DNA of 57,921 nucleotides from Oligoflexia bacterium (GTDB lineage Bacteria > Bdellovibrionota > UBA1018): the NCBI GenBank assembly GCA_043732485.1, contig JAYTHP010000212.1, positions 1 through 57,921 on the forward strand, in the 5' to 3' direction. Shown in pieces: positions 33,205 to 42,646 of the stretch. The notes beneath the pieces are model-generated. The model did not search any database, was not told the DNA's origin, and worked only from the letters and a program-made list of their open reading frames with translations. Every line of letters begins with the position of its first letter. Positions within the stretch are counted from its first letter, which is position 1. Made by a program: the position numbers and the translations under genes.

Positions 33205-34394
33205 TAATCCGTACTCCTTCTCAGGCGGCGCTTGGGCCTGGCGACCTCTTGCAAAAACTGGGTTAATTCGGCTTGCACCCACTCAGGCTTGAGGGACTCC
33301 ACCGTGACCGGCTCGCCGACGGCTTTCAGGAGAACGAAGCGCAGGTTTTTGACCACTTTTTTATCCTGCTTCATGGCTGCCAGCACCAACCCGGGGTCCA
33401 GGTCGCGCGGCAGCGGCGGCACCTTGAATCTAGCTAACTCCCCGTCATAAAAGCGAAAGGTCGCAACCGGCAAAAGTTTGGCGGCTGCCGACAGTCTGAG
33501 CGCAAATCTCATCCCCCACATCAACGCCTCGCCATGCCGAAAGGTGCGATAGCCTGTCAGTTGCTCAAGCGCATGGCCCAAGGTATGACCAAAATTGAGC
33601 CACTCCCTTTGCCCAGTGCGCTCGAGAACATCCGCCTGCAAGACCTTACCCTTCAAGACCAAAGCCCGCGAAATCCAAGACGGCAGTGCTGCGTGATGCC
33701 ACTCCTCAGCAAACGGCACTGGCACCGCGGTTAACTCATTCAAAAATAATTCATCAAACAAGAATGCCATTTTTAAGGTCTCAGCCCAACCCGAAACCCA
33801 ATCTCTGAGGGACAAGGTGCGCAAGCAATCCGTCTGGCAAACCACATGGACCGGCTGATGAAAAGCCCCTAACAGGTTTTTGCCGTACGGTAGATTAATC
33901 CCGGTTTTACCCCCCACCGCACTATCGACTTGCGCAAGCAAGGTGGTGGGAAAAGGAATCCAGGGCACCCCGCGCATGTAGGTGGCCGCGAGAAAGCCCA
34001 CGGCGTCACCCACCGACCCGCCCCCCATGGCGCCGATGATCGCTAGCCGATGCACCCCTGCTTGAAACAGTTTTTGATGCATCGCCGCTAGCTGCTTTAG
34101 GGTCTTCAGCGATTCACCGGCTTGCACTGCCTCCAAGTGAACCTCCCACTGCAGGTGCTCCAGCAAGCCTTTTACTTGCGTGGCGTACCATTTTTGGTCC
34201 TGGTCATAGAAGAGAAAGAAAAGCTGCGGCGGCTTGGCCTGCAAAAACTCCTTCAAACCCCGCAAGGCATCCGTACCGATGGAGACCTGATAGGAGCCTT
34301 CTTCGTTAGGCATTAGTGGTGGTGATGGTTGGGTCGGGGTGTGGTTAACAGCAGCGGTCGTGGTGTTAATGGTCAATTGATGCAGCGTCAGCAT
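33204..34394 (-). CDS. aroB: 3-dehydroquinate synthase
   Basis: Motifs are GGGSVGDAVGFLAATYMRGVPWIPFPTTLLAQVDSAVGGKTGINL and NFGHTLGHALE. The N-terminal ~40 aa form a low-complexity extension. Confidence 0.9.
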   Translation of the reverse strand: MLTLHQLTINTTTAAVNHTPTQPSPPLMPNEEGSYQVSIGTDALRGLKEFLQAKPPQLFFLFYDQDQKWYATQVKGLLEHLQWEVHLEAVQAGESLKTLKQLAAMHQKLFQAGVHRLAIIGAMGGGSVGDAVGFLAATYMRGVPWIPFPTTLLAQVDSAVGGKTGINLPYGKNLLGAFHQPVHVVCQTDCLRTLSLRDWVSGWAETLKMAFLFDELFLNELTAVPVPFAEEWHHAALPSWISRALVLKGKVLQADVLERTGQREWLNFGHTLGHALEQLTGYRTFRHGEALMWGMRFALRLSAAAKLLPVATFRFYDGELARFKVPPLPRDLDPGLVLAAMKQDKKVVKNLRFVLLKAVGEPVTVESLKPEWVQAELTQFLQEVARPKRRLRRSTD

Positions 34395-36659
34395 TCAGGT
34401 GCTCCTTACTCTTTCTTCTACCGCCACTCCGGCTCCGCCTTGTAACGCTTTAAGGGTGGCAAAAAAATGGGGATAAGAAACCGCCACACACTCCGCGCCC
34501 TCCACCTCGCACCCCAACGCCGCCGCCTCTGCACCACCCAAACTCCGCCTTCCTGTCGTGAGCAGACCCAGGAGTGTTAGCACCATCACCATGCGATGAT
34601 CACTAAAACTAGACACCTTCCCCCAAGCTTGGGGGTTTTGTGGTCCTTCGATGCTAAAACCATCCGGGCTGACCTCCATGCCCATCCCTAAACACTCAAA
34701 ACTTACTCTTAGCGCCTCGATACGGTCACACTCCTTCTTGCGCAGCTCTTGCGCCCCGTACACCCGGGTTACTCCCACCGCTTGACTCGCTAAAACGGCA
34801 ATCAGCGGCAATTCGTCAATCAAGCGCGGGATTTCCTGCGCGGGAATGTCGGTTGCGACCAACTGACCTGAGTAACTCACCTCAAGCGTGCCTTCAGGCT
34901 CAAGCCCCGACTGCACGCTCAAGGCGTCTGGTTGACTCACACGGGCCTCGACCTTAGCGCCCATCCGTGCCAGTACTGCAAGCAAGCCGGTACGGGAGGG
35001 ATTTAACCCCACGTGCTCAAGGATGACCCGAGAGCCCGGAATCACGCTTGCAGCCACTAGCCACACTGCGGCAGAGGAGAAATCGCCGGGGATCGCAAGT
35101 GTGCGCGGCTGCAGCTTCTGACCGCCTGGCAGCCGTAAGCTTTTACTGGGATCAATAAAAATTTGCGCTCCAAAGTAACGCAGCAGCCGCTCCGTGTGAT
35201 CGCGACTGTCAATAAGCCCCCGCAGGATCGTAGTTCCCTGCGCCTGCAGCCCTGCCAGCAAGAGCGCACTTTTGACCTGGGCGCTTGCCACGGGCAACGC
35301 ATACTCCATTCCCTGGAGCGCCAAAGTACCGGTCATCCATAGCGGCAAAGTTTCCCTGCGCGGGGGAGCAAGCGGGCTTAGCCATTGACCTGCTCTGCTT
35401 TCTACTGGCTCTCCTAGCTCTTGGCCTTGAAATCTTACACCCATCAAACCCAAAGGCTCAGTTACCCGGCGCATCGGTCGCACCCGTAGCGAGGCATCCC
35501 CGGTAATCTCGACCGTCAGCGGCTGCTTGGCCAATAAGCCCGGCAACAGGCGCGCCGTGGTGCCAGAATTTTGACAATCTAAACAAATCCGACCCTCGCC
35601 TTGCTGCCCGAGCGCCCCCCCTTCCACCTGCAAGACCTGCTCGCCTGCTTCCTGAACTCTTACCCCCAAGGCACGCAAGCACGTAAGGGTTGCCTGCACG
35701 TCCTGACTGGTTGAAAGCCCGTGCAAAGTGCTGGTGCCTTGGGCTAGCGCTCCTAAGATCAGCGCGCGGTGGGAGACCGACTTGTCGCCAGGCACTCGGA
35801 TCCTTCCTTGCAGCGGAAGCGGTTGACGGCCTAGCAAGCGGGCGAGTGGCCGGACGGCTGAGCGCACCACCGACGACAACGACGACTCGTCTTCAGATTG
35901 CGAGGTGGAGGGTGCTGTGGGGGGGGGTTGATTCCAATACTCAAGTTGCCACTGATATTCTTTGGGCTCTTTGGGCTCTTTGGGCAAGCGCGCGAGTTTG
36001 CGAACGAGCTTACGCACTAATTTGCCATGATGACCGGTTTGCATCTTCAATGATTGCAGCTCCGCCAGGCCCACACCAGCACCAACAACGACCGCACTCG
36101 CCTGCCGTTCAGGTTCTGGCATCTCTTGCGTCAGCCTCTTGCCGTCTCGTTGTGGGAGGAGCGCAAGAAAATAGCGCAAAATTCCTTGGCTAGAAACCAC
36201 CACCACTTTTTGCGCTGTACCGAGCTCTTGTACGAGCTGGAGCACTTGCTCTTGAATCCGTTGCGATGAGCCGGCCCAACCGGCTGCCTTCGGCCACACC
36301 CCTTGCTGCTCCCACTGCTGTAATTCCAGCACCCCAAACTTCTCAACGATCTGCTCGCGCGTCAAACCCGACCACAGGCCATAATCAATTTCATTTAAAC
36401 GCTCGTCAACTTTGAGCTTGACGCCCCCACAGTGCTCGTGAATGATCTCAGCCGTACGCCGCGTTCGTCTCAGGGAGGCTGACAGAATTAAATCTGGTTG
36501 AACCTCGGATTGAACCGACGACGCACAAAAAAACTGCCCCAACCGCTGCGCCTGTGCTTCGCCCTCAGCCGTAAGGGGTAGATCCTGCTGGGACCCAATC
36601 CAAACCGGCGTACTCCCCTGAGGGAAGGTGTTACCGTGGCGGCACAACCACAAGATCAT
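34395..36659 (-). CDS. aroA: fusion protein: histidine-phosphatase-superfamily domain + EPSP synthase
   Basis: The N-terminal ~200 aa read LWLCRHGNT, SASLRRTRRTAE, NEIDYG and VVVSSQG. A repeat linker follows (KLVRKLVRKLARLPKEPKEPKE). A full EPSP synthase comes next (VPGDKSVSHRALILGALAQG...). Confidence 0.85.
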   Translation of the reverse strand: MILWLCRHGNTFPQGSTPVWIGSQQDLPLTAEGEAQAQRLGQFFCASSVQSEVQPDLILSASLRRTRRTAEIIHEHCGGVKLKVDERLNEIDYGLWSGLTREQIVEKFGVLELQQWEQQGVWPKAAGWAGSSQRIQEQVLQLVQELGTAQKVVVVSSQGILRYFLALLPQRDGKRLTQEMPEPERQASAVVVGAGVGLAELQSLKMQTGHHGKLVRKLVRKLARLPKEPKEPKEYQWQLEYWNQPPPTAPSTSQSEDESSLSSVVRSAVRPLARLLGRQPLPLQGRIRVPGDKSVSHRALILGALAQGTSTLHGLSTSQDVQATLTCLRALGVRVQEAGEQVLQVEGGALGQQGEGRICLDCQNSGTTARLLPGLLAKQPLTVEITGDASLRVRPMRRVTEPLGLMGVRFQGQELGEPVESRAGQWLSPLAPPRRETLPLWMTGTLALQGMEYALPVASAQVKSALLLAGLQAQGTTILRGLIDSRDHTERLLRYFGAQIFIDPSKSLRLPGGQKLQPRTLAIPGDFSSAAVWLVAASVIPGSRVILEHVGLNPSRTGLLAVLARMGAKVEARVSQPDALSVQSGLEPEGTLEVSYSGQLVATDIPAQEIPRLIDELPLIAVLASQAVGVTRVYGAQELRKKECDRIEALRVSFECLGMGMEVSPDGFSIEGPQNPQAWGKVSSFSDHRMVMVLTLLGLLTTGRRSLGGAEAAALGCEVEGAECVAVSYPHFFATLKALQGGAGVAVEERVRST
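35960..35986. repeat. 9-bp in-frame tandem repeat x3 (ctttgggcW) encoding (PKE)3 in the aroA fusion linker
   Basis: Read directly: ctttgggct ctttgggct ctttgggca. Confidence 0.9.
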
Positions 36660-37555
36660 TGAACCAACTCCCCTTCCCGCTCGATAATGGCTTCAACAAT
36701 GGCCACATCCGACGGGTAATCCACCGACCAGTGCGTTCTGCCCTGATAATCAGCTAAAAAAACATGCACCGGGATACCATGCTCTAAAGCCCGCAACTGC
36801 TCTAGCCCTTCAGCGCTTTCCAAAGCAGAAGGCGACAACTGGACGTAACGCCTCAGCGTCTCCAAACGATAGCCGTAAATCCCGATATGTCGATGCCGAA
36901 CCACTGCTGCTAGCTCTTCTCCTGCTGGCTGCTCTTGTGGCCGCAGCGGAGGGATCACCGCTTTTGAGAAATACAACGCCGCATGGGGTTGCGGCAAGAG
37001 CGTCGATCCTTGCAAAGGTGGGGAGCTCCGTGCAGCAGCTGAGCTAGACGCGTTTGCAAGGTTGCGGTTTGGGTCGGCTTGAAACACCACAAAAGTCCCG
37101 CTGGTAGGCTTGCTCTTGCGGCATTCCTGAAAGTGCGCCCAAGCCTGGGGATCTAAAGCCACAGCAGGCGTCCCCCACCCGCTACTGACGCGTGGGTCTT
37201 GAAAAAGCGCAATCAATTGGGCGACGACATGCGGCGGGGTTAAAACCGCATCACCTTGCAGATTAATCAGCAAGGTCTCAGGCGCTAGACCTAGATGCTG
37301 AGCTGCAGCAAAAACTCGCTCCGAGCCGTTATGACAAAGTTGTTTAGGGTCGCACACGACTTGCCCACCAAAGGCTTCCACATGCCGGGCAATCGCCAGA
37401 TCATCCGTCGCCACCCAGACCTGGGCCTGGCCTACCACCGAGCTTGCAATCTTCCAAGTGCGCTGGATCAAACTCACACCGTGAATCAGGGTTTGCGGCT
37501 TTTGTGGAAAGCGGGTCGATCCCCCGCGCGCTGGAATGATAACGGCAGTACCCAT
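36656..37555 (-). CDS. kdsB: 3-deoxy-manno-octulosonate cytidylyltransferase (CMP-KDO synthetase)
   Basis: The N-terminus reads AVIIPARGGSTRFPQKPQTLIHG, followed by INLQGD, IGIYGYR and LEQLRALEHG blocks. The stop overlaps the aroA start (ATGA). An Ala/Ser/Pro-rich insert is present. Confidence 0.85.
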   Translation of the reverse strand: MGTAVIIPARGGSTRFPQKPQTLIHGVSLIQRTWKIASSVVGQAQVWVATDDLAIARHVEAFGGQVVCDPKQLCHNGSERVFAAAQHLGLAPETLLINLQGDAVLTPPHVVAQLIALFQDPRVSSGWGTPAVALDPQAWAHFQECRKSKPTSGTFVVFQADPNRNLANASSSAAARSSPPLQGSTLLPQPHAALYFSKAVIPPLRPQEQPAGEELAAVVRHRHIGIYGYRLETLRRYVQLSPSALESAEGLEQLRALEHGIPVHVFLADYQGRTHWSVDYPSDVAIVEAIIEREGELVQ

Positions 37556-37618
37556 GGTCTTGATCTTGCCAAGAGCCCGGCGCTTTAGCTAGTCAAATTT
37601 CCCGCTCGTCGCCAAAAA

Positions 37619-38311
37619 TCAACCCCCCCGCCGCCAATCAGGCTTAAAGCGCAGCGCCTGCTCCAGCCAGCTTACGAGCGGCAGGGAGCGCTGTGCCACC
37701 TCCACAAGTTGACCTAAGAACCCTGGCTGACAAAGCTCCTTGGGCGTGAAGTGTTTATGGATACTTAAGGACTTTTGCATCAGCAGGTACTGGTATTTCT
37801 CCTCTACCTGATAACCGCACGGCAATCTGACAAACTGCTCTTTCCCAAACCCCTGAAAGGTGCCTCGAAAATTTTTACTCTTTAAAAACCGGTGCAGCAC
37901 CTCAGGCTGCTTCTCAAGCGCCATCCGGATGAAACGCAACTGCGGACCGCTCGGGCGATAAAGCCCAGCCCCCCAAAGAATTTCACTGGCACCGACGGAA
38001 AAATAGAAACAAGGCGGCATTTCAAAGCGGGAGGTTTTAGGCGGACCCATCACACAAGCAATGAAATCCTTCAGCGGACCCAAGCTCACTGCGTTCTCAG
38101 GCGAGCGCATCGGTCGGGAAATAGAGCGTACCGAGAAGCGAAAATGGGGCAGCTGGTTTTGAAGCTGAGCCCCCAGCCCGAGCACCACTGCAGCAAACGG
38201 TGCCTTGATGAGCGCCTCATATTCCGGACGATTATTGGCAAACCAAACTAAATCGTTCTCTTTTCGAGCTTTTTTCAAAAACTTCAGACTCTGAGGGGCA
38301 AAAAGCATCAT
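37619..38311 (-). CDS. DUF2461-family (TIGR02453-like) conserved protein
   Basis: The call is a pattern match from memory: FLKKARKENDLVWFANNRPEYE...P, GAGLYRPSGPQLRFIR, LPCGY and LLMQKSL. Confidence 0.5.
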   Translation of the reverse strand: MMLFAPQSLKFLKKARKENDLVWFANNRPEYEALIKAPFAAVVLGLGAQLQNQLPHFRFSVRSISRPMRSPENAVSLGPLKDFIACVMGPPKTSRFEMPPCFYFSVGASEILWGAGLYRPSGPQLRFIRMALEKQPEVLHRFLKSKNFRGTFQGFGKEQFVRLPCGYQVEEKYQYLLMQKSLSIHKHFTPKELCQPGFLGQLVEVAQRSLPLVSWLEQALRFKPDWRRGG

Positions 38312-38526
38312 GATGTAGGGTTTTCGCAGGGGAAAAAAAGAGGAGCGTACAAAAATCGGGAGAAACAGCAGTTCAGCAGAAGTGAACTTAGCTTAGCCCA
38401 AATCGCTTGAAGGCGTCATCCCTTTCTTTGGTATTTTGCGCCCGGCTCAACTCGCAGCATGGCTTTTCTTCCCAACCGCCCAGAGGACTTTTAGGTCTTA
38501 TGAGCGCAGGGGATGAGGTCGAGCGG

Positions 38527-39543
38527 TTACTGACCACTCTCCTCTGGAGCCGCGCCACTACCGCTGCCTTCTGCTGCTGTGGGTACGGTGAGTGCAGCTT
38601 CAGGCGCTGTTATGGGGGAAGCCGAGGGCGTCACGACTGGCTCAGGCGTTGCAGCTTCCTTGGGGAGCTCAGCAGGCGTCTTCGCCTCAGCGGCCGTTTT
38701 CTCTTCCGCGGCCTTTCGCTCCGCTTCAGCATTTAAAAGAGCAGGCGTCACACTGCCTGCAGTCGCTTCGGCAACCGGGGCGGAGGCGTTGGGTACCAGA
38801 ATCGGGCTCGAGGAGGGCGATGTCGCCGGAGAGGGCACAAGAGAAGAAGACCCAAGAGCTGACGGCGCTGAGCCCGTAGCTGATTCCGAGGGCGCTGGAG
38901 AAGATCCCTTGCTTGGTGAGGGTGCGGGGGTTGCCTCCGAGTCGGGCTCACGTTGTCCGGCGCTGTCCAACGTGCAAAACGCCGGACGGTTAAACTCTTC
39001 AGGCAGCACCAAGCGCTGCCAAGGGAAAATGGTGTCGGCATCTGGGATCAGGCCAGCGTTCAGTTTGACCGTTTTTTCAATCATGCCCCCTGGACCATAG
39101 ACTTGTACTTTTTGACTCAGCCGCTCGCTCGCTTGAAAGAGAATCTGACTGAGTGTCTCCCCTTTTTTTACCTGGTGAATACTTTGGTGGCAGGGAATAT
39201 CTAAAGCGCTTGCCTGGGCAGGGGCCAAAAGCGCCATTGGGATCATCATTGCCAAGCTCATTGCCAAGCTCATTGCCAAGCTCAGTGCTGAGGCTTGCTT
39301 CCAGCGCAGACAGGCTTGCGCCCCTTGCTGCAAGACGCCGGTGAGGCCGAATGTTAGATAGCGCGCGTTACCCGACGACAACGACGACAGCGGCGGGGTC
39401 GCAAGCCTAGGAAGCACAGCAGGAGTTTTCACCAGCGATTGAAAATACATCATAAGTTCGCTTCGGCTTTTTTCGCCCAAACTTGATCTTTTTTTGGTGA
39501 TAAAGGGTAAAAAACGAGAAAAGCCGCTCTTTTTCCCCCACAC
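38527..39543 (-). CDS. secreted LysM-like domain protein with a long Pro/Ser/Ala-rich tail
   Basis: A signal-like MSLAMSLAMMIPMALLAPAQASA is followed by a LysM-like block, HQVKKGETLSQIL...NAGLIPDADTIFPWQRLVLP. The C-terminal ~170 aa are low complexity. The start codon is uncertain. Confidence 0.5.
   Translation of the reverse strand: MWGKKSGFSRFLPFITKKRSSLGEKSRSELMMYFQSLVKTPAVLPRLATPPLSSLSSGNARYLTFGLTGVLQQGAQACLRWKQASALSLAMSLAMSLAMMIPMALLAPAQASALDIPCHQSIHQVKKGETLSQILFQASERLSQKVQVYGPGGMIEKTVKLNAGLIPDADTIFPWQRLVLPEEFNRPAFCTLDSAGQREPDSEATPAPSPSKGSSPAPSESATGSAPSALGSSSLVPSPATSPSSSPILVPNASAPVAEATAGSVTPALLNAEAERKAAEEKTAAEAKTPAELPKEAATPEPVVTPSASPITAPEAALTVPTAAEGSGSGAAPEESGQ
39247..39282. repeat. 12-bp perfect tandem repeat x3 (cattgccaagct) encoding (SLAM)n in the signal region
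   Basis: Read directly at 39247-39258, 39259-39270 and 39271-39282. Confidence 0.9.
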
Positions 39544-39646
39544 CTCCCTCTTAACCCCCCTTTTTTTTCAGCAAACAGTCTCCGAAAAACGCCACCAGGA
39601 TTAGCCATTGACGCCACCCCGCACGCTGGGCTATAAAATTGAGCCA

Positions 39647-41620
39647 ATGGAGCTGAAAAAAAATCATTTTGACGTCATCGTGATTGGAGGTGGGCATGCC
39701 GGCTGCGAAGCCGCCCATGCTGCCGCCCGCATGGGCTGTGAGACCGCACTCATCACCCTGGACGCCAAACGCATAGGCGCCATGTCGTGTAATCCTGCCA
39801 TTGGTGGTTTAGCCAAGGGGCAGCTAGTAAAAGAAGTTGACGCCTTAGGGGGGTTAATGGGGAAAGTGGCTGATCGCTCAGCCATCCAGTACCGAAGACT
39901 CAATAGCAGCAAAGGCCCTGCCGTGCGCTCCTCCCGCACGCAATGTGATCGTAGCCTTTATGCAGCCGCCATGCAGACGCAGCTTTCTCTTCAACCCCGG
40001 CTGCAAATCCTCGAGTGCGAGGTGGATCGGCTTTGGCTACACTCGGGGCTTCACTCGGCGCCGTCGCCACAATCAAAAATCCAGGGTGTGATCCTCGTTG
40101 AGGGCACCCGACTGCAGGCGAGCTGCGTCATCATCACTTCGGGGACCTTTTTGCAAGGGATGATGTTTACCGGCTCCCAGCAAACCGCAGGCGGCAGGTA
40201 CGGCGATCGTTCCGTCCTGGGTCTGAGTCGCTCACTGGCAGCCTTAGGCTTTAGCATGGGTCGCTTAAAAACCGGCACCCCACCACGTTTAGACCGCGAC
40301 TCGATTGATTACAGCCGTCTGGAGGAGCAACCTGGGGATGCCCAGCCGCTGGCTTTCTCTTTTTTCCAGAAACTCAACCCTTTTCCTTACCTCCCCCAAG
40401 TCAGCTGCCACCTCACTTATACCAACTTACAGACCCACGAACTGATTGCAGCCAACCTCCATCAGTCGCCCATTTACTCAGGCCTGATTCAAGGCAAGGG
40501 ACCTCGTTACTGTCCTTCCATCGAAGATAAGGTCAAGCGCTTTCCGGAAAAAGAGCGCCATCAGATTTTCTTAGAACCTGAGGGCCTCACCACCCCACTC
40601 GTTTATGTCAACGGGATTTCCACCAGCCTACCCGAGGACGTGCAAGATCAGTTCGTGCACTCGATTGTCGGTTTAGAGCAGGCCCGCTTCATTCGCTATG
40701 GTTACGCCGTCGAGTACGATTGCATTGATGCCCGACAACTCAAAGCCACTTTTGAATCAAAAGACGTCAGGGGGCTGTTTTTTGCAGGGCAAATCAATGG
40801 CACCTCAGGCTATGAAGAAGCCGCAGGGCAGGGTATTTTAGCCGGGATCAACGCCGCCTTGCTGCTGCAAGAGCGTGACCCCCTGGTGCTGTCACGCGCG
40901 GATGGCTACTTAGGGGTGTTGGCCGATGACTTAGTGCTCAAAGGTACCGATGAACCCTACCGCATGTTCACCTCGCGTGCCGAGCATCGCCTTTTACTGC
41001 GAGAAGACAACGCAACCCTCAGGCTCAGTGAAATCGGCTGGCAACTCGGCCTGCTGAGCGCTGAGGATTACGCCCACTTTAAAGTTAAGAAAAATGAGCT
41101 TGCAACACTCACCACCCAGCTTGCAAGTTTTTACCTCTATCCCAGAGCGGAAGCCGTCGTGGAGTTTCTGCAAAAAAGAGCCCTGCCGAGCTTACAAGAC
41201 CGAGTCTCAGGAGCACACTTTTTACGGCGCCCTGAGATCCGTTGGGCCGACCTTTGCGAACTGGGCTTTCCAGGCCAGGACGCTGACCCGGAAGTCAGCG
41301 AGCAACTGGAAGTGCAAATCAAGTATGCAGGCTACATTGAGCGCGACTTGCAGCTCGTAGAAGCGGTAAAAAAACACGAGCAGATTCGCATTCCGTTGGA
41401 TTTTGACTTTGCGCAAGTGGCAGGGCTGAGCCATGAGATCAGACAGCGCCTACTCCTCACCCGCCCAGAGACACTCGGGCAAGCCAGTCGCATGCAAGGC
41501 GTGACGCCTGCTGCTGCAGCCAATTTAATGATTTTCTTCAAAATGCATTCCTTTAACAGGACGAAAACCGCCCCCCCCCTCTCACCACCGCCATCTTCCT
41601 ACGCCTGCACCGAATCGTGA
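39647..41620 (+). CDS. mnmG: tRNA uridine-5-carboxymethylaminomethyl modification enzyme MnmG (GidA)
   Basis: The sequence reads [23 protein letters not shown]...[19 protein letters not shown]...[11 protein letters not shown]...[19 protein letters not shown] 39647 is preferred over the track's TTG at 39608. Confidence 0.95.
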   Translation: MELKKNHFDVIVIGGGHAGCEAAHAAARMGCETALITLDAKRIGAMSCNPAIGGLAKGQLVKEVDALGGLMGKVADRSAIQYRRLNSSKGPAVRSSRTQCDRSLYAAAMQTQLSLQPRLQILECEVDRLWLHSGLHSAPSPQSKIQGVILVEGTRLQASCVIITSGTFLQGMMFTGSQQTAGGRYGDRSVLGLSRSLAALGFSMGRLKTGTPPRLDRDSIDYSRLEEQPGDAQPLAFSFFQKLNPFPYLPQVSCHLTYTNLQTHELIAANLHQSPIYSGLIQGKGPRYCPSIEDKVKRFPEKERHQIFLEPEGLTTPLVYVNGISTSLPEDVQDQFVHSIVGLEQARFIRYGYAVEYDCIDARQLKATFESKDVRGLFFAGQINGTSGYEEAAGQGILAGINAALLLQERDPLVLSRADGYLGVLADDLVLKGTDEPYRMFTSRAEHRLLLREDNATLRLSEIGWQLGLLSAEDYAHFKVKKNELATLTTQLASFYLYPRAEAVVEFLQKRALPSLQDRVSGAHFLRRPEIRWADLCELGFPGQDADPEVSEQLEVQIKYAGYIERDLQLVEAVKKHEQIRIPLDFDFAQVAGLSHEIRQRLLLTRPETLGQASRMQGVTPAAAANLMIFFKMHSFNRTKTAPPLSPPPSSYACTES

Positions 41621-42378
41621 CACAGCAAGACTCCCCCACCACCATCACCATCACGAACGAGACTGTGGCGCTGCAAGCCTTGCTTGCAACCTTAACCCCT
41701 CCCCTTCCCGCACTCGTGCAAGCACAAATCATCCGCTTTTTTGACTTTCTAGGCGCCGAAAATCAGCTACAAAACCTGACTCGGCTGACAAGCGCTGAGG
41801 AGTTTTTTTACGGCCACCTAGCCGATGTGCTAGAGCTCACGCGCGGTGACTGGCTTGGCGCCAACGCCTTAGACCTAGGCTCGGGGTGTGGCGTGCCGGG
41901 TTTACTTGCGGCCCTGGTCTCCGAGGAGTCGAGGTGGGTTTTAGTAGAATCAGAACGCCGCAAAGCGGACTACCTCAGCCGCGCAGTCCTCCACCTCGGC
42001 TTAGCACAAGTCCAGGTCTACTCCGGAAGAGTGGAGCAGTACTGGGCTGCACCTTGGGCGGCTACTCCCCACTTCACTCCCCAGCCGTTTGCAATGACGG
42101 TGGTGGCAAGAGCGGTGGGCTCGACGGAACGGATCGCCCGCTGGCTCGGGTTAGGATCCGCCAAACCCAAGCGCCCCGCTTCCCCTCAGGGAGAGGGCTG
42201 CGAAAGTTCCACGTGGAACAATTTGGTACTCCTCAAGGGACCAGCTTGGCCTAAGGAATGGCAAGAGCTTCAAAAAGGCCCGCTGCGGCATCGGCTCAAG
42301 CTCGTGCGCGAGTGGCCCTATCAGGTGGGGCCTGAGCAAAAAAACCGCTTCCTAGTCCAGCTGCAACCCAACCGCTAG
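41617..42378 (+). CDS. rsmG: 16S rRNA m7G527 methyltransferase RsmG (GidB)
   Basis: The call rests on its position after mnmG (GTGA overlap), the SAM-binding [12 protein letters not shown], and [11 protein letters not shown]. It contains a C-terminal insert relative to typical ~210-aa RsmG proteins. Confidence 0.8.
   Translation: MTQQDSPTTITITNETVALQALLATLTPPLPALVQAQIIRFFDFLGAENQLQNLTRLTSAEEFFYGHLADVLELTRGDWLGANALDLGSGCGVPGLLAALVSEESRWVLVESERRKADYLSRAVLHLGLAQVQVYSGRVEQYWAAPWAATPHFTPQPFAMTVVARAVGSTERIARWLGLGSAKPKRPASPQGEGCESSTWNNLVLLKGPAWPKEWQELQKGPLRHRLKLVREWPYQVGPEQKNRFLVQLQPNR
42205..42220. promoter_or_regulatory. parS-like site (15/16 match to the palindromic parS) inside rsmG
   Basis: AGTTCCACGTGGAACA read directly, compared with consensus tGTTNCACGTGAAACa. 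Confidence 0.6.
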
Positions 42379-42422
42379 TGTACGGGCAATGATGTTCCAC
42401 GTGGAACATCATTGCCCGTACA
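42379..42422. promoter_or_regulatory. 44-bp perfect palindrome containing a perfectly palindromic parS (TGTTCCACGTGGAACA at 42393-42408)
   Basis: Base-by-base pairing was verified from t42379/a42422 in to c42400/g42401. It begins immediately after the rsmG stop codon and lies ~225 nt upstream of parA. Confidence 0.85.
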
Positions 42423-42646
42423 GGAAAAAAATCACCGCCTGCGCAGTTTGCTATTGCCTCCTCCCGCTGGGACAGCTAGCGTGAAAGAACGAGCTTTTGC
42501 GCCTACGCAGGCAGCCCGACCTTCTGGCAACCCTTCTTAGTCTTGCGCCACAAGAGAAAGAGAAAAAAAGTACCCCATGATTTGCTTACCCCCCCGCCCC
42601 CTGCCCCTTGCGCCTTACTCACCCCTTCACCTCCAGGGAGCGCGCC

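Noticed and set aside
20837-39282. The various short tandem repeats considered as CRISPR arrays or minisatellite mobile elements.
   Set aside because: Each has only 2-3 units of 9-15 bp with no spacers, no cas genes and no shared repeat sequence. Several are in-frame within coding regions.
39544-39646. A replication origin (oriC) or DnaA boxes next to mnmG/rsmG/parAB.
   Set aside because: I could not find TTATCCACA-type boxes or an AT-rich unwinding element in the intergenic regions around mnmG, rsmG and parA. dnaA and dnaN are not in the window.
42379-42422. The 44-bp palindrome after rsmG considered as a simple Rho-independent terminator.
   Set aside because: It is followed by an A-run rather than a T-run on the coding strand. 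Its centre is an exact parS consensus, so parS is the better explanation. An additional RNA-hairpin role is not excluded.
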